A stretch of DNA of 64,000 nucleotides, taken from contig JAFYWV010000031.1 of the NCBI GenBank assembly GCA_017546505.1, positions 9,871-73,870 on the forward strand. Reading direction: 5' to 3'. Numbering within the stretch: the stretch's first letter is position 1; each line of letters opens with the position of its first letter. The notes under the pieces are model-generated. The model was not told where the DNA came from and searched no databases. It worked only from the letters and a program-made list of their open reading frames with translations. Below are positions 54,829 through 64,000 of the stretch, one piece after another. This stretch comes from Bacteroidaceae bacterium. GTDB lineage: Bacteria; Bacteroidota; Bacteroidia; Bacteroidales; Bacteroidaceae. A program made the position numbers and the translations under genes.

Positions 54829-55898
54829 GCCTTATGGATGAGATAACCCCGGAATTGCTTGAAGTGGACGAGTTTGACGCAGAGGAGACCCTTTTTCGTG
54901 AGTTGCATATAACGGCCGATAAAGGACAGTCGCCTGTGCGCATAGACAAATTTCTTGTAGACCACGTTGCAAATACCTCGCGCAATAAAATACAACAGGC
55001 TGCCGATGCCGGTTCAATCTCGGTCAATGGCAAGGTTGTCAAAAGCAACTACAAGGTAAAGCCGCTCGATGAAGTTGTAATAACATACAACACTCCGGCC
55101 TATGACAATACAATTGTTCCCGAGGATATTCCGCTCGATGTAGTGTATGAGGACAACGACCTGATGGTTGTGAACAAGCCGGCTGGTCTTGTGGTTCATC
55201 CCGGCTGCGGAAACACGCACGGTACGCTCATCAATGCCGTTGCCTGGCACTTGAAGGACAATCCCGATTTTGACCCCAACGACCCACAGGTGGGTCTTGT
55301 GCACCGCATCGACAAGAATACGTCGGGGTTGCTTGTCGTTGCAAAAACAGCCTTTGCAAAGGCGCATCTTGGAATGCAATTCTTCAACAAAACCACAAAG
55401 CGCACCTATAATGCGGTGGTGTGGGGCAATCCCAAGGACGAAAGCGGTACGGTGGTTGGCAATATAACGCGCAATCCACGCAACAGGTTGCAGATGTGCG
55501 TCTCTTCTGATGAAAATGTCGGTAAGTACGCCGTTACCCACTATCGTGTGCTTGAGCGTTTGAGCTACGTGTCATTGGTGGAGTGCAATCTCGAGACCGG
55601 TCGCACACATCAGATAAGGGTTCATATGAAACACATCGGTCACATTCTTTTCAATGACGATGTCTATGGAGGTGACGAGATTTTGAAGGGTACAAATTTC
55701 AGCAAGTACAGCCAGTTCGTGCGCAACTGCTTCAAACTCTGTCCGCGTCAGGCTCTGCACGCCAAGACTTTGGGCTTTGTTCACCCTGCAACGGGCAAAG
55801 AGATGTATTTCGACTCTGAGTTGCCGTCCGATTTCGTTGCAATGGTCGATGCCTGGCGCCGCTATTCAAGCGCAAGTGCAGCATATCTTGAGGAGTGA
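54825..55898 (+). CDS. rluD: RluA-family 23S rRNA pseudouridine synthase (RluD-type, N-terminal S4 domain)
   Basis: 357 aa. S4 segment is RIDKFLVDHV. The catalytic motif is HRIDKNTSGLLVVAKT, plus TGRTHQIRVH. ATGA-type overlap with the PASTA gene. Confidence 0.9.
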   Translation: MSLMDEITPELLEVDEFDAEETLFRELHITADKGQSPVRIDKFLVDHVANTSRNKIQQAADAGSISVNGKVVKSNYKVKPLDEVVITYNTPAYDNTIVPEDIPLDVVYEDNDLMVVNKPAGLVVHPGCGNTHGTLINAVAWHLKDNPDFDPNDPQVGLVHRIDKNTSGLLVVAKTAFAKAHLGMQFFNKTTKRTYNAVVWGNPKDESGTVVGNITRNPRNRLQMCVSSDENVGKYAVTHYRVLERLSYVSLVECNLETGRTHQIRVHMKHIGHILFNDDVYGGDEILKGTNFSKYSQFVRNCFKLCPRQALHAKTLGFVHPATGKEMYFDSELPSDFVAMVDAWRRYSSASAAYLEE

Positions 55899-55907
55899 TG
55901 GCTTGTT

Positions 55908-56765
55908 TTATTTTATCCTCAACTTTTCCAACTCCTCCATTGAACCGTTGAGCACATTGATGTCGACTTTTTCCATTATACCCGGCAGACGGCCCTTGTC
56001 GGTGCACTGCCAAATGATCCACTCGTTGCTGATGTCAGGGTGTGTGGCATTGTATCGCGCAATCCATAGCGGGTGATTGTTGAAATCCTCGTTATTAATG
56101 TAACGTGTGTGGAATTTTTTATAGGTGTATATTATCGGTTTAAGCTTGTAGTGTTCCTCTATCGCCGAAATGAAAATTTTCAGTTCTTTTCTGTAAATGT
56201 CGGGGTTCTTCGGGTCTTCTTCGACGTCTACCATTGGTGGCAGGTCGCCTTTCTCAAGTCTGACTTTGCTGATGAATAACCTTGCCTGCTCTTCGCCCGA
56301 TGATTTGGTGCTGAAGTAGTGGTATGCTCCACGTATGAAATTGTTCTTTTTTGCAGCGTTCCAGTTCTTTTCGAAGTGTCTGTCGCGGTGGTCGCGGCCT
56401 TCTGTGGCTTTGATGTATACAAAACTGATTGGCGGTTCTCCGTCTCTCCCTTTTTTTAGCCTTTCCCAATTGATGTCTCCCTGATGGTGTGACACGTCGA
56501 TGCCGTAGACAGAATATCCTTGGGGTATGCACGTACCGTATATCTTGTGTCCGTTGCAGGTGGTAAAGCGGTGAAAAGCCGGTCGCAGTAGCGGGTAATA
56601 GGCGAGTGCCAATACTCCCGCTGTAGTGAGTATTGCTATTGTCACATATTTCCACGTCGCCATAACACGCGGTCTTTTGCGTGTAGAAGAGGGTCGGCGG
56701 GCCGAATTTTTCTTCCGTCCGCCGACCTTTACTGTTATGGATGTCTTTTTGGCTTTTGCCATCAA
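55908..56765 (-). CDS. Membrane-anchored GH25 muramidase (lysozyme)
   Basis: 285 aa. A basic N-terminus and TM helix are followed by YGIDVSHHQGDINW, FVYIKATEG and AYHYF motifs. Confidence 0.85.
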   Translation of the reverse strand: MMAKAKKTSITVKVGGRKKNSARRPSSTRKRPRVMATWKYVTIAILTTAGVLALAYYPLLRPAFHRFTTCNGHKIYGTCIPQGYSVYGIDVSHHQGDINWERLKKGRDGEPPISFVYIKATEGRDHRDRHFEKNWNAAKKNNFIRGAYHYFSTKSSGEEQARLFISKVRLEKGDLPPMVDVEEDPKNPDIYRKELKIFISAIEEHYKLKPIIYTYKKFHTRYINNEDFNNHPLWIARYNATHPDISNEWIIWQCTDKGRLPGIMEKVDINVLNGSMEELEKLRIK

Positions 56766-56777
56766 CTCCTTGTGGTA

Positions 56778-58421
56778 TTATTTCTGCTGCTCAAGAGCGA
56801 GAGTCTTTGTTGTCTGGTCGCATACCTCTGATGGGCCAAAGTACTGGATTGGTCCCGGGTAAACGTAGCAAGTCTCCTTTGCCCACTGCTCTCTGTTTGC
56901 AGCAAATGTCTTGAATGGTGCACCGTTGAGGTCAACGAGAGCCTTCTGGATTACGGGCTTCATCTCGCCGTGACGACGCTCCATATTCATCATCATTGTG
57001 ATGGGGATACCACCGGCAACCCACTCGGCTGCAGGAGCAGTTGTGTTGCGTACCGATGACATATAACCGGTCTTGCCTGCAGCGATTAGCTGTGATGCGT
57101 TGTAACCGAGTGCGTAGCAGTAGTCGGCATCATAGTTTGATGGAGCTGCGCAACGTCCCTCGTAACCGAAGAAGTGGTGCTGTGCGTTGAACTTGCCGTT
57201 GTACTTGCCCTCGGCCTTCCAAGCTGCGAGCTTGTTGGCAACCATCTCTGAAAGGAGCTTCTCGGTCTCGATGAGAGATACCTGAACGTTGCCGTGTGGG
57301 TCGCGGTCCATAGTGAGCTGGCGTGCAACACCTGCAGGGAGGCTTGCGTAAACGGCTGCGTTGTCGCTTGAGAGTTGGTCAATGATGTACTGGCGCTGCT
57401 CCTCGGGAGCTACTGCGTTGTACTCCTCGCCCTTGTGTGCCAACAGGTCGTTTAGCTCGGCGATTAGAGCCTTCATTGCAGGAACGAACTCGATGAGCCC
57501 CTCGGGGATGAGCACTGTACCGAAGTTGTTGCCCTCGGCAGCACGGTCAGCAACGGCCTGTGCAATAGATGTAACTATGTTGTCGAGTGAAAGAGCCTTC
57601 TGCTCAACCTCCTCCGAGATGATACAGTAGTTAGGCTGTGTCTGCAAAGCGCACTCAAGTGCAATGTGTGAAGCCGAGCGACCCATCAGCTTGATAAAGT
57701 GCCAGTACTTCTGTGCCGAGTTGCAGTCGCGCTGGATGTTGCCGATAACCTCTGAATAAACCTTACAAGCAGTGTCGAAACCGAAAGATGTCTCAATGTA
57801 AGCGTTCTTCAAGTCGCCGTCGATGGTCTTTGGGCAACCGATAACCTGAACGCCTGTGTTCTTTGCAGCATAGTACTCTGCAAGCACGCAAGCGTTGGTG
57901 TTTGAATCGTCACCGCCGATGATTACAAGTGCCTTGATGTTGAGCTCCTTGATAATCTCGAGACCCTTGTCGAACTGCTCTGTCTTCTCGAGCTTTGTAC
58001 GGCCTGAACCGATGATGTCGAAACCTCCGGTGTTGCGGTACTCGTCCATAATCTCGGCTGTAATCTCCATATATTTGTGGTCAACCAAACCGCCGGGGCC
58101 CATAAGGAAACCATAGAGACGGCTGTTGGGGTTGAGCTTCTTTACACCGTCGAACAAACCTGCGATGACATTGTGACCGCCGGGAGCCTGTCCGCCTGAA
58201 AGGATGACACCTACATTGATTGCAGGGTACTCCTGTGGCTCGCCACCCTTCTCGAATGTAACTATGGGCAAACCATAGGTGTTGGGGAACATAGCCTTGA
58301 TAGCCTCCTGGTCTGCTACAGACTCTGTTGCAGCACCCTCACACAATTTAACTGTCCCGGTCAATGCCTGGGGAAGTTTGGGCTGATAAGCAGCCCTTGC
58401 TATTTGCAATGCACTTTTCAT
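56778..58421 (-). CDS. pfp: Diphosphate--fructose-6-phosphate 1-phosphotransferase (PPi-PFK)
   Basis: 547 aa with [30 protein letters not shown] and MGR motifs. This is the long PPi-dependent clade architecture. Confidence 0.92.
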   Translation of the reverse strand: MKSALQIARAAYQPKLPQALTGTVKLCEGAATESVADQEAIKAMFPNTYGLPIVTFEKGGEPQEYPAINVGVILSGGQAPGGHNVIAGLFDGVKKLNPNSRLYGFLMGPGGLVDHKYMEITAEIMDEYRNTGGFDIIGSGRTKLEKTEQFDKGLEIIKELNIKALVIIGGDDSNTNACVLAEYYAAKNTGVQVIGCPKTIDGDLKNAYIETSFGFDTACKVYSEVIGNIQRDCNSAQKYWHFIKLMGRSASHIALECALQTQPNYCIISEEVEQKALSLDNIVTSIAQAVADRAAEGNNFGTVLIPEGLIEFVPAMKALIAELNDLLAHKGEEYNAVAPEEQRQYIIDQLSSDNAAVYASLPAGVARQLTMDRDPHGNVQVSLIETEKLLSEMVANKLAAWKAEGKYNGKFNAQHHFFGYEGRCAAPSNYDADYCYALGYNASQLIAAGKTGYMSSVRNTTAPAAEWVAGGIPITMMMNMERRHGEMKPVIQKALVDLNGAPFKTFAANREQWAKETCYVYPGPIQYFGPSEVCDQTTKTLALEQQK

Positions 58422-58737
58422 ATTACTTAAAATTAATTGGGAATTCTATTTATCGGCAAATTTCGCTTTTTTTTATGAATTTTAAAAGTGCTTTACTGTT
58501 TTTTATTCGTTGTGAATTAAAATATATTGTTTTTGGCCCGAGTTGTTGTTTATATCGGTGAAAAACACTATCTTTACGTCAAATATTTGTTGTATGGGTC
58601 TTAATGGCGCTTCGCTTTGCCGGGCTCTTTATGACAAGTGTTGTGGATGTGGCATTATGAACGCGGTGAATAGATACTGTACCGCATTCAAGGATGCCCC
58701 GGAAAATCAAATTTCAATCAAATTAAACCAAATTATT

Positions 58738-59013
58738 ATGGCAAGTAGAAAAAATCTAAAGAAGGTGATTACATTTGTTGTTGACGAGTTGGCAACCGAG
58801 GCTTTTTTGCTCTCATACGATGCGCAGGGCGATACAGCTGCTTGGGTAGATTTGTTCAATAGAATTTTCAGCCTGAATAATGAATATATAGCACGTGTCA
58901 GCCACGCAGAGCCCGGTATGCCTGCCAAGAAATATTTCAACACCCTGTGTGACTCTTTCAATGCCGATGCCAAGGCTTTGCTCGAAGAGATTGGCAAGCT
59001 TGCTGGCAAGTAA
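58738..59013 (+). CDS. Small helical hypothetical protein (91 aa; alternative in-frame ATG at 58594 would add a Cys-rich 48-aa extension)
   Basis: The ATG at 58738 is preceded by an A/T-rich stretch typical of Bacteroidetes translation-initiation regions. It lies 15 nt upstream of the 977-aa gene. Confidence 0.5.
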   Translation: MASRKNLKKVITFVVDELATEAFLLSYDAQGDTAAWVDLFNRIFSLNNEYIARVSHAEPGMPAKKYFNTLCDSFNADAKALLEEIGKLAGK

Positions 59014-59028
59014 AAGACGTGTAACTCT

Positions 59029-61962
59029 ATGATAAGGCACTTTTTGGCAATATTGTTTTGCCTTTTTGGAATATCTGTTTTGTCGGCACAAAGTGTCGAC
59101 AAAACTGTTTCTCGTGCCTTGTCGGAGTACTTCAGAAACTACACTTCGGACAGGACGCTGCTTAAATTCTCGGCTCTCGACCGTCGTAAGAACAATATTG
59201 TAGTCAACAACAAGGCAAAGAAAATCATAATATATTCAAACGAGGCTTTTGCCGGGCAGGCTTTCACTCCTGCTGTAGTGGATAAAATCTACAAGGATAT
59301 AAGGGGAATTCTGCCAAAAAACCTTCGCAAATATAAGATTGAAGTTGTCTACAAAGGACGTTCCATTGAACAGCGTGTCCCTAATATCTACCGCAGTGCT
59401 GCAAAAGTCGACAAGTCGCGCTTGTGGGGTGGTGTTGTCTATAATGGCAGTCCGTGGGTACGGAACATCAGTCGCCCGTTTGCTGTTACCGGCGGTCTTG
59501 ATGGCCGTCATATAGCTCTGTGGCAAAGCCACGGACGATACTATTTTGCCGATGGAGACTTCTGGAAGTGGCAACGTCCTTCGCTCTATTGCACCACCGA
59601 GGATTTGCTTACCCAATCAATAGTCGTTCCTTTCCTTATGCCGATGCTTGAGAATGCCGGTGCGCTGGTCTATACCCCGCGTGAGCGTGACTGGCAACCC
59701 GAGTGTGTCATTGTTGACAATGACAAAAGCACCCCGGGCGGTTCACGTTACAGTGAGAGTGAGGCACGTGGCAGCGAATGGGAGACACACATAGGTGGCT
59801 ATGCTCCTTTGAAAGATTTCTACTGCGACCTTGACGACCCTTTTTCGATGGGAACGTCGCGTAGCATAAGTGCGGTGCAGAATAAAAAGAAACTCTCAAC
59901 GGCAGTGTGGTCTCCCGAAATTCCGGTGCCGGGTGAATATGCGGTGTATGTCGCATACAGGACATTTGAGAATTCTGTACCCGATGCTCTCTACACTGTT
60001 CGTCATAGTGGCGGTGAAACCTCGTTTAAAGTAAACCAGACTATGGGTGGTGGTACCTGGGTCTATCTTGGAACATTTTTCTTTGATGTTGATGAAGACA
60101 AACGGCAAGGTGTTGTGCTTGCGAATTACAGCAGCCACGATGGTGTCGTCAGTGCCGATGCTGTGCGCTTTGGAGGGGGTGTCGGTAATGTGGCTCGTGG
60201 CCCGGGAGGGCAGTTGAGCGGCTTGCCACGCTATCTTGAGGGGGCTCGTTATAATTTGCAGACGGGCGGTTTTCCCTATGAGGTCTACTCTCCATTTGAA
60301 GGTGAGGCCGATTATCGCGATGATATTGTGTGTCGTCCTTCAGCTGTCAATTATCTTTCGGGCGGTTCTGTCTTCAATCCGGATACCATAGGTCTCAATG
60401 TGCCTCTTGAACTGTCGTTCGGCTTTCACTCGGACGCCGGAGTGTCTGCCGAGGATAATGTGATTGGTTCGCTGGGTGTTGTGACAACCGAGTTTAATGG
60501 CGATACACTTGCTACCGGACACTCGCGTCAGATGTCGCGCGATTTGGTGTCGTTTCTTTTGAATAGTGTTCAGGACGACCTCACGGCCCGTTATGGCAAG
60601 CGTTGGCCTGTGCGTGGAATTCTGGACCGTAATTATGGCGAGACGCGTGTACCATATATCCCGTCGGTTATTTTTGAGTCGTTGTCGCACCAGAACTTTA
60701 TGGATATGGTCTATGCTCACGACCCTGATTTTAAGTTTACATTGGCACGTTCGGTATATAAGGTCTTGCTAAAGCATTTGTGCTATGTGCGTGGCCGTGA
60801 TTATGTCGTTCAGCCGTTGCCGGTGAGCCATTTTGCAATGTCAATGTCCGGGGATGACAATGAGGTTGTGCTTTCTTGGCGTCCGGTGAATGATGTGCTT
60901 GAGCCGACTGCAAAGCCTAAGGGGTATATACTGTACAGGAGCGTCGATGGCTCCGGGTTTGACAATGGCACTGTGGTGAACGAGGCTCATTGTTCCATTC
61001 CTGTTGAAAAAGGTGTGATGTATAGCTTTAAAGTCGCGGCCTTTAATGACGGTGGTTGCAGTTTGCCGTCGGAAGAACTGTCGTTGTATATTGCCAATAA
61101 TGAAAAGGGTAGGGCTTTGGTTGTCAATGGCTTTCATCGTTTGAGTGGCCCTGATACGCTCTTTACCGATAAACGCATTGGTTTTGACTTTGAGCGCGAC
61201 CCCGGTGTGCCCTATATGCGCACCCCTGAGTATTGCGGTGGTCAGCTGGATTTTATGCGTGAAAACCTCAACTATGAAAATGGTTTGGGCTTGAGCGGCA
61301 GTGAGTGCGAAGGTATGTTGGTTGCCGGTAACACTTTGAACTATCCGCGTATTCACGGCGAGGCTTTGGCTGTCAATGATATAAGTTTTCTCTCCTGTGG
61401 TAGCGAGGCTGTGATTGACGGTGTTGTCGATATGCAGGAATATGATGTCGTAGACCTCATTCTTGGTGTTGAAAAACAGGGTGGCAAGGGCTCTTTGCTT
61501 CATTATAATTCACCATACAAAGCATTCCCGGCCGGCTTGCAGGGGAAGCTGACGGAGTATTGCCACGGTGGTGGCAGGCTGTTTGTCAGTGGGGCTTTCA
61601 TTGCAAGTGATATGCAGGGTTGTGAGGCCGACAGGCTGTTTGTGCGCAATCTGTTGCATTTTGATTATGGTGGTACGGTGTCCAACCTCTCCGAGGATGT
61701 AGTTACCGGTTCCGGCTTGCGTATGTCCATAGAGCGCAAGGCCAATGAGTCGTGTTATGCTGTTTCCCGCCCCGATATTCTTGTTCCGCTTGATGATGCT
61801 TTTGTCTCTTTTGTCTTTGACGGTTGCAAGGAGAGTGCCGGTGTTGCTTATTCGGGCAATGGTTATCGCACTCTTTCAACAAGTTTTCCTTTTGAAGCCG
61901 TGCAAAATAGTGTCCATCGTACAAAACTAATGGGTGCTGTTATGCGTTTTCTATTGAAGTGA
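59029..61962 (+). CDS. Large secreted multidomain protein with an Amidase_3-like (zinc amidase/carboxypeptidase-fold) core and an FN3-like domain
   Basis: 977 aa. Signal peptide MIRHFLAILFCLFGISVLSA. HIALWQSHGRYY, ELSFGFHSDAG and VIFESLSHQNFMDM resemble the Zn-ligand/catalytic segments of N-acetylmuramoyl-L-alanine amidase folds. The FN3-like segment is VLSWRPV...YILYRS...YSFKVAAFN. The function is uncertain. Confidence 0.4.
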   Translation: MIRHFLAILFCLFGISVLSAQSVDKTVSRALSEYFRNYTSDRTLLKFSALDRRKNNIVVNNKAKKIIIYSNEAFAGQAFTPAVVDKIYKDIRGILPKNLRKYKIEVVYKGRSIEQRVPNIYRSAAKVDKSRLWGGVVYNGSPWVRNISRPFAVTGGLDGRHIALWQSHGRYYFADGDFWKWQRPSLYCTTEDLLTQSIVVPFLMPMLENAGALVYTPRERDWQPECVIVDNDKSTPGGSRYSESEARGSEWETHIGGYAPLKDFYCDLDDPFSMGTSRSISAVQNKKKLSTAVWSPEIPVPGEYAVYVAYRTFENSVPDALYTVRHSGGETSFKVNQTMGGGTWVYLGTFFFDVDEDKRQGVVLANYSSHDGVVSADAVRFGGGVGNVARGPGGQLSGLPRYLEGARYNLQTGGFPYEVYSPFEGEADYRDDIVCRPSAVNYLSGGSVFNPDTIGLNVPLELSFGFHSDAGVSAEDNVIGSLGVVTTEFNGDTLATGHSRQMSRDLVSFLLNSVQDDLTARYGKRWPVRGILDRNYGETRVPYIPSVIFESLSHQNFMDMVYAHDPDFKFTLARSVYKVLLKHLCYVRGRDYVVQPLPVSHFAMSMSGDDNEVVLSWRPVNDVLEPTAKPKGYILYRSVDGSGFDNGTVVNEAHCSIPVEKGVMYSFKVAAFNDGGCSLPSEELSLYIANNEKGRALVVNGFHRLSGPDTLFTDKRIGFDFERDPGVPYMRTPEYCGGQLDFMRENLNYENGLGLSGSECEGMLVAGNTLNYPRIHGEALAVNDISFLSCGSEAVIDGVVDMQEYDVVDLILGVEKQGGKGSLLHYNSPYKAFPAGLQGKLTEYCHGGGRLFVSGAFIASDMQGCEADRLFVRNLLHFDYGGTVSNLSEDVVTGSGLRMSIERKANESCYAVSRPDILVPLDDAFVSFVFDGCKESAGVAYSGNGYRTLSTSFPFEAVQNSVHRTKLMGAVMRFLLK

Positions 61963-62024
61963 AATCTGAAAACTGAAAGGTGAAAACTGTTTTCCGTTTT
62001 CCGCTTTCCGTTCTCCGTTTTTAC
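61961..62024. repeat. Two opposed arrays of 7-bp repeats: 4 x GAAAnnT followed by 4 x TT(T/C)TCCG
   Basis: The sequence gaaatct gaaaact gaaaggt gaaaact g ttttccg ttttccg ctttccg ttctccg ttttt begins inside the stop codon of the 977-aa gene. The arms are about 65% complementary in register. Confidence 0.6.
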
Positions 62025-62474
62025 CTTATAATATATTATATATGTACGCGCGTGTTCTCACTTTTGTGTTATTGTATAAAATTGTTAAAATTTAAAATCA
62101 TTTTAAAAGTATCCCATTGCGTGCATTTTGTACATTTTGACTAACTTTTTGTAAAAAATGGTGTTTGGGCAAGTGTTTTTTATTTCTGTTGTTGATAATC
62201 AGCGTTTTGGAGGTTGTTTGTTCTGCATTTTTCTTTTGTACAGTTGTTAAATAGTCGCTGAAAACTTGTTGCACACAATGACTATAAATGAGCAAAAAGT
62301 GGGTAAAAATGTCGTTTTGGTAAAAAAATAACACTTTTGTTGAAAAAAAGTGCTTAACTTATTTTAAACTTTGTGTAAAAAGTGTTATTTTCGCGCCATT
62401 CATTCTCAAACTATTGGGGATGAAATAACAAAAAGACACAATTTCATTATTATTATTAACTTAAATTCATTATT

Positions 62475-64000
62475 ATGAAAAGAGTGCTATTTCTATTGAC
62501 CTTTATCTGTATGGGTATAGGTATGGCAACAGCGCAGACCGCGACAATCACGGGTAAGGTTTACTCTGAGGGTGACGGTGAGCCTGTTTTCGGAGCCTCT
62601 GTATTCGTAGTTGGTACTTCTGTTGGTGCCGGTACTGATATGGACGGTAATTTTACAATTGAAAATGTGCCTGCAACAGCTACAACTCTTCGTGTATCAT
62701 ACGTCGGTATGACAACACAGGAGGTGCAGATTGTAAGGGGTAAGCCTATGAAGATTTCTCTTGTTGAGGATGGCGTTACTCTCGACGACGTTGTGGTTGT
62801 GGCTTATGGTACAGCAAAGAAGTCGGCGTTTACCGGTTCTGCTTCAGTGGTTAAGGCAGAGAATATCGAGAAACGTCAGGTATCTAACGTTTCTAATGCA
62901 CTTTCAGGTGCTATTGCCGGTGTGCAGGTTACAAGCTCAAACGGTCAGCCTGGTGTATCTGCCAAGGTTCGTATTCGTGGTATCGGTTCAATCAATGCTG
63001 TTGATGATCCATTGTACGTTGTTGACGGTATGCCTTTTGATGGTGATATCTCTTCTATCAACCCTGCCGATATTGAGAATATCTCAGTGTTGAAGGATGC
63101 AGCAGCTGCGGCTCTTTATGGTGCACGTGGTGCCAACGGTGTCATTATGGTGACAACCAAGAAAGGTAGCAGCGGCAACGCACGCGTTTCATTCGATGCA
63201 AAGTGGGGTGTTAACGAGCGTCAGATTGGCAAGTACGATGTGATGGAGTCACCAAACCTCTATATGGAGACTCTTTACAAGTCATTGTACAACGAAGCTT
63301 TGTACAGCCTCAACCATTCTCCTCTCAATGCACACAACTATGCTAATAACGGGTTGTTCTCGGCGCTTGGTTATCAGGTGTATAACCTCAATGGTGCAAA
63401 TGGTCTTATCGGTCTTGACGGCAAGGTTGACCCACGCGCTACTCTTGGTTATAGCGATGGTCAGTACTACTATACACCGGACGATTGGACAGCCGGAATG
63501 ATTGGCAACCAGATGCGTCAGGAGTACAACTTCTCGGTTTCAGGCGGTACAGACAAGATGAGCTACTACTTCTCAGCTGCTTATCTTGAGGATGGTGGTA
63601 TCATCGAGAACTCTGGTTTCAATCGTCTTGCTACACGTTTGAATGTTGACTATCAGGCAAAGAAGTGGTTGAAGGTTGGTGCAAGCCTCGCTTACACAAA
63701 CAGCACAAGCCGTTATCCGGGTGAGCAGACAAATACTTCTTCTTCAATGAACGCATTCTACATTGCAAACGATATTGCTCCAGTATATCCTTTCTATGTA
63801 CGTAACGCTGATGGTTCTTTTGCAACCGATCCGGCTACCGGTGATAGAATCTATGACTATGGTGATGGTGCATCAACAAACAGCACACGTAACTTTATGT
63901 CAATTGCCAACCCAATGAGTGACCTTCTCTACAATACCGAGGAGTATCTTATGGATATCTTCAACGGTAAGTGGTTTGCTGAGATTACTCCTTTCAAGGG
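62475..64000 (+). CDS. SusC/RagA-family TonB-dependent outer-membrane receptor (N-terminal part; continues beyond window)
   Basis: Absent from the ORF track (no stop in the window). My translation gives MKRVLFLLTFICMGIGMATAQTATITGKVYSEGDGEPVFGASVFV (CarboxypepD_reg domain). This is followed by DDVVVVAYGTAKKSAFTGSA, IENISVLKDAAAAALYGARGANGVIMVTTKKG (plug) and the start of the barrel. Confidence 0.9.
   Translation, partial: MKRVLFLLTFICMGIGMATAQTATITGKVYSEGDGEPVFGASVFVVGTSVGAGTDMDGNFTIENVPATATTLRVSYVGMTTQEVQIVRGKPMKISLVEDGVTLDDVVVVAYGTAKKSAFTGSASVVKAENIEKRQVSNVSNALSGAIAGVQVTSSNGQPGVSAKVRIRGIGSINAVDDPLYVVDGMPFDGDISSINPADIENISVLKDAAAAALYGARGANGVIMVTTKKGSSGNARVSFDAKWGVNERQIGKYDVMESPNLYMETLYKSLYNEALYSLNHSPLNAHNYANNGLFSALGYQVYNLNGANGLIGLDGKVDPRATLGYSDGQYYYTPDDWTAGMIGNQMRQEYNFSVSGGTDKMSYYFSAAYLEDGGIIENSGFNRLATRLNVDYQAKKWLKVGASLAYTNSTSRYPGEQTNTSSSMNAFYIANDIAPVYPFYVRNADGSFATDPATGDRIYDYGDGASTNSTRNFMSIANPMSDLLYNTEEYLMDIFNGKWFAEITPFK

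Noticed and set aside
31196-58421. Two phosphofructokinases (ATP-PfkA and PPi-Pfp) as an anomaly
   Set aside because: Co-occurrence of both types is, to my knowledge, normal in Bacteroidales, so it is not treated as a finding.
1-64000. Mobile elements, prophage, tRNA/rRNA genes and defence systems
   Set aside because: I looked for transposase, integrase or recombinase-like ORFs, long terminal inverted repeats, tRNA-like cloverleaf spacers and defence-type ATPase/nuclease clusters and found none. All intergenic spacers are under 520 bp and are accounted for by promoters, terminators or the repeats listed.

Overview
The window looks like a core-chromosome segment of a Bacteroidales (Bacteroidota) genome, with about 50 intact, densely packed protein genes. 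The lineage call rests on a T9SS PorQ plus a CTD-bearing cargo protein, a SusC-type TonB receptor, DUF families typical of the phylum, and TTTG-N20-TAnnTTTG promoters. I found no rRNA, tRNA, CRISPR array, transposase, integrase or phage genes.

Gene content, left to right:
- Host-glycan exoglycosidases: a GH20 hexosaminidase (runs off the left edge) and a 1282-aa GH31 carrying FN3, discoidin, dockerin and cohesin-like modules.
- An unusual alpha/beta-hydrolase, membrane-anchored MurF-like ligase and long Ddl-type ATP-grasp operon.
- Housekeeping genes: nadA, mutS2, menA, mgtE, rsmA, pepD, meaB, pfkA, ispH, cmk, tatD, DAHP synthase/chorismate mutase, ilvD-ilvB-ilvN, rluD and pfp.
- Envelope genes: porQ, a TonB-family protein, a putative porin, FadL-like and DUF4421-like barrels, a GH25 lysozyme and a PASTA protein.
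- The start of a PUL: a SusC-like gene that runs off the right edge.

Most interesting items:
1. The MurF-like/Ddl-like/hydrolase operon (7440-11036).
2. A secreted, aromatic-rich protein with ten 15-aa repeats, co-transcribed with a FadL-like barrel (45905-48853).
3. The dockerin-plus-cohesin GH31 with an adjacent T9SS cargo gene.
4. An intergenic 89-bp tandem repeat (2753-3041).
5. A terminator-type leader in front of ilvD.

Limits: all family names come from motif recognition by eye, and no database search was run. Hand-derived coordinates (hairpins, promoter boxes, corrected starts) may be off by 1-2 nt. Many ORF-track starts are longest-ORF TTG/GTG extensions, and I trimmed them to the ATG that restores a normal N-terminus.
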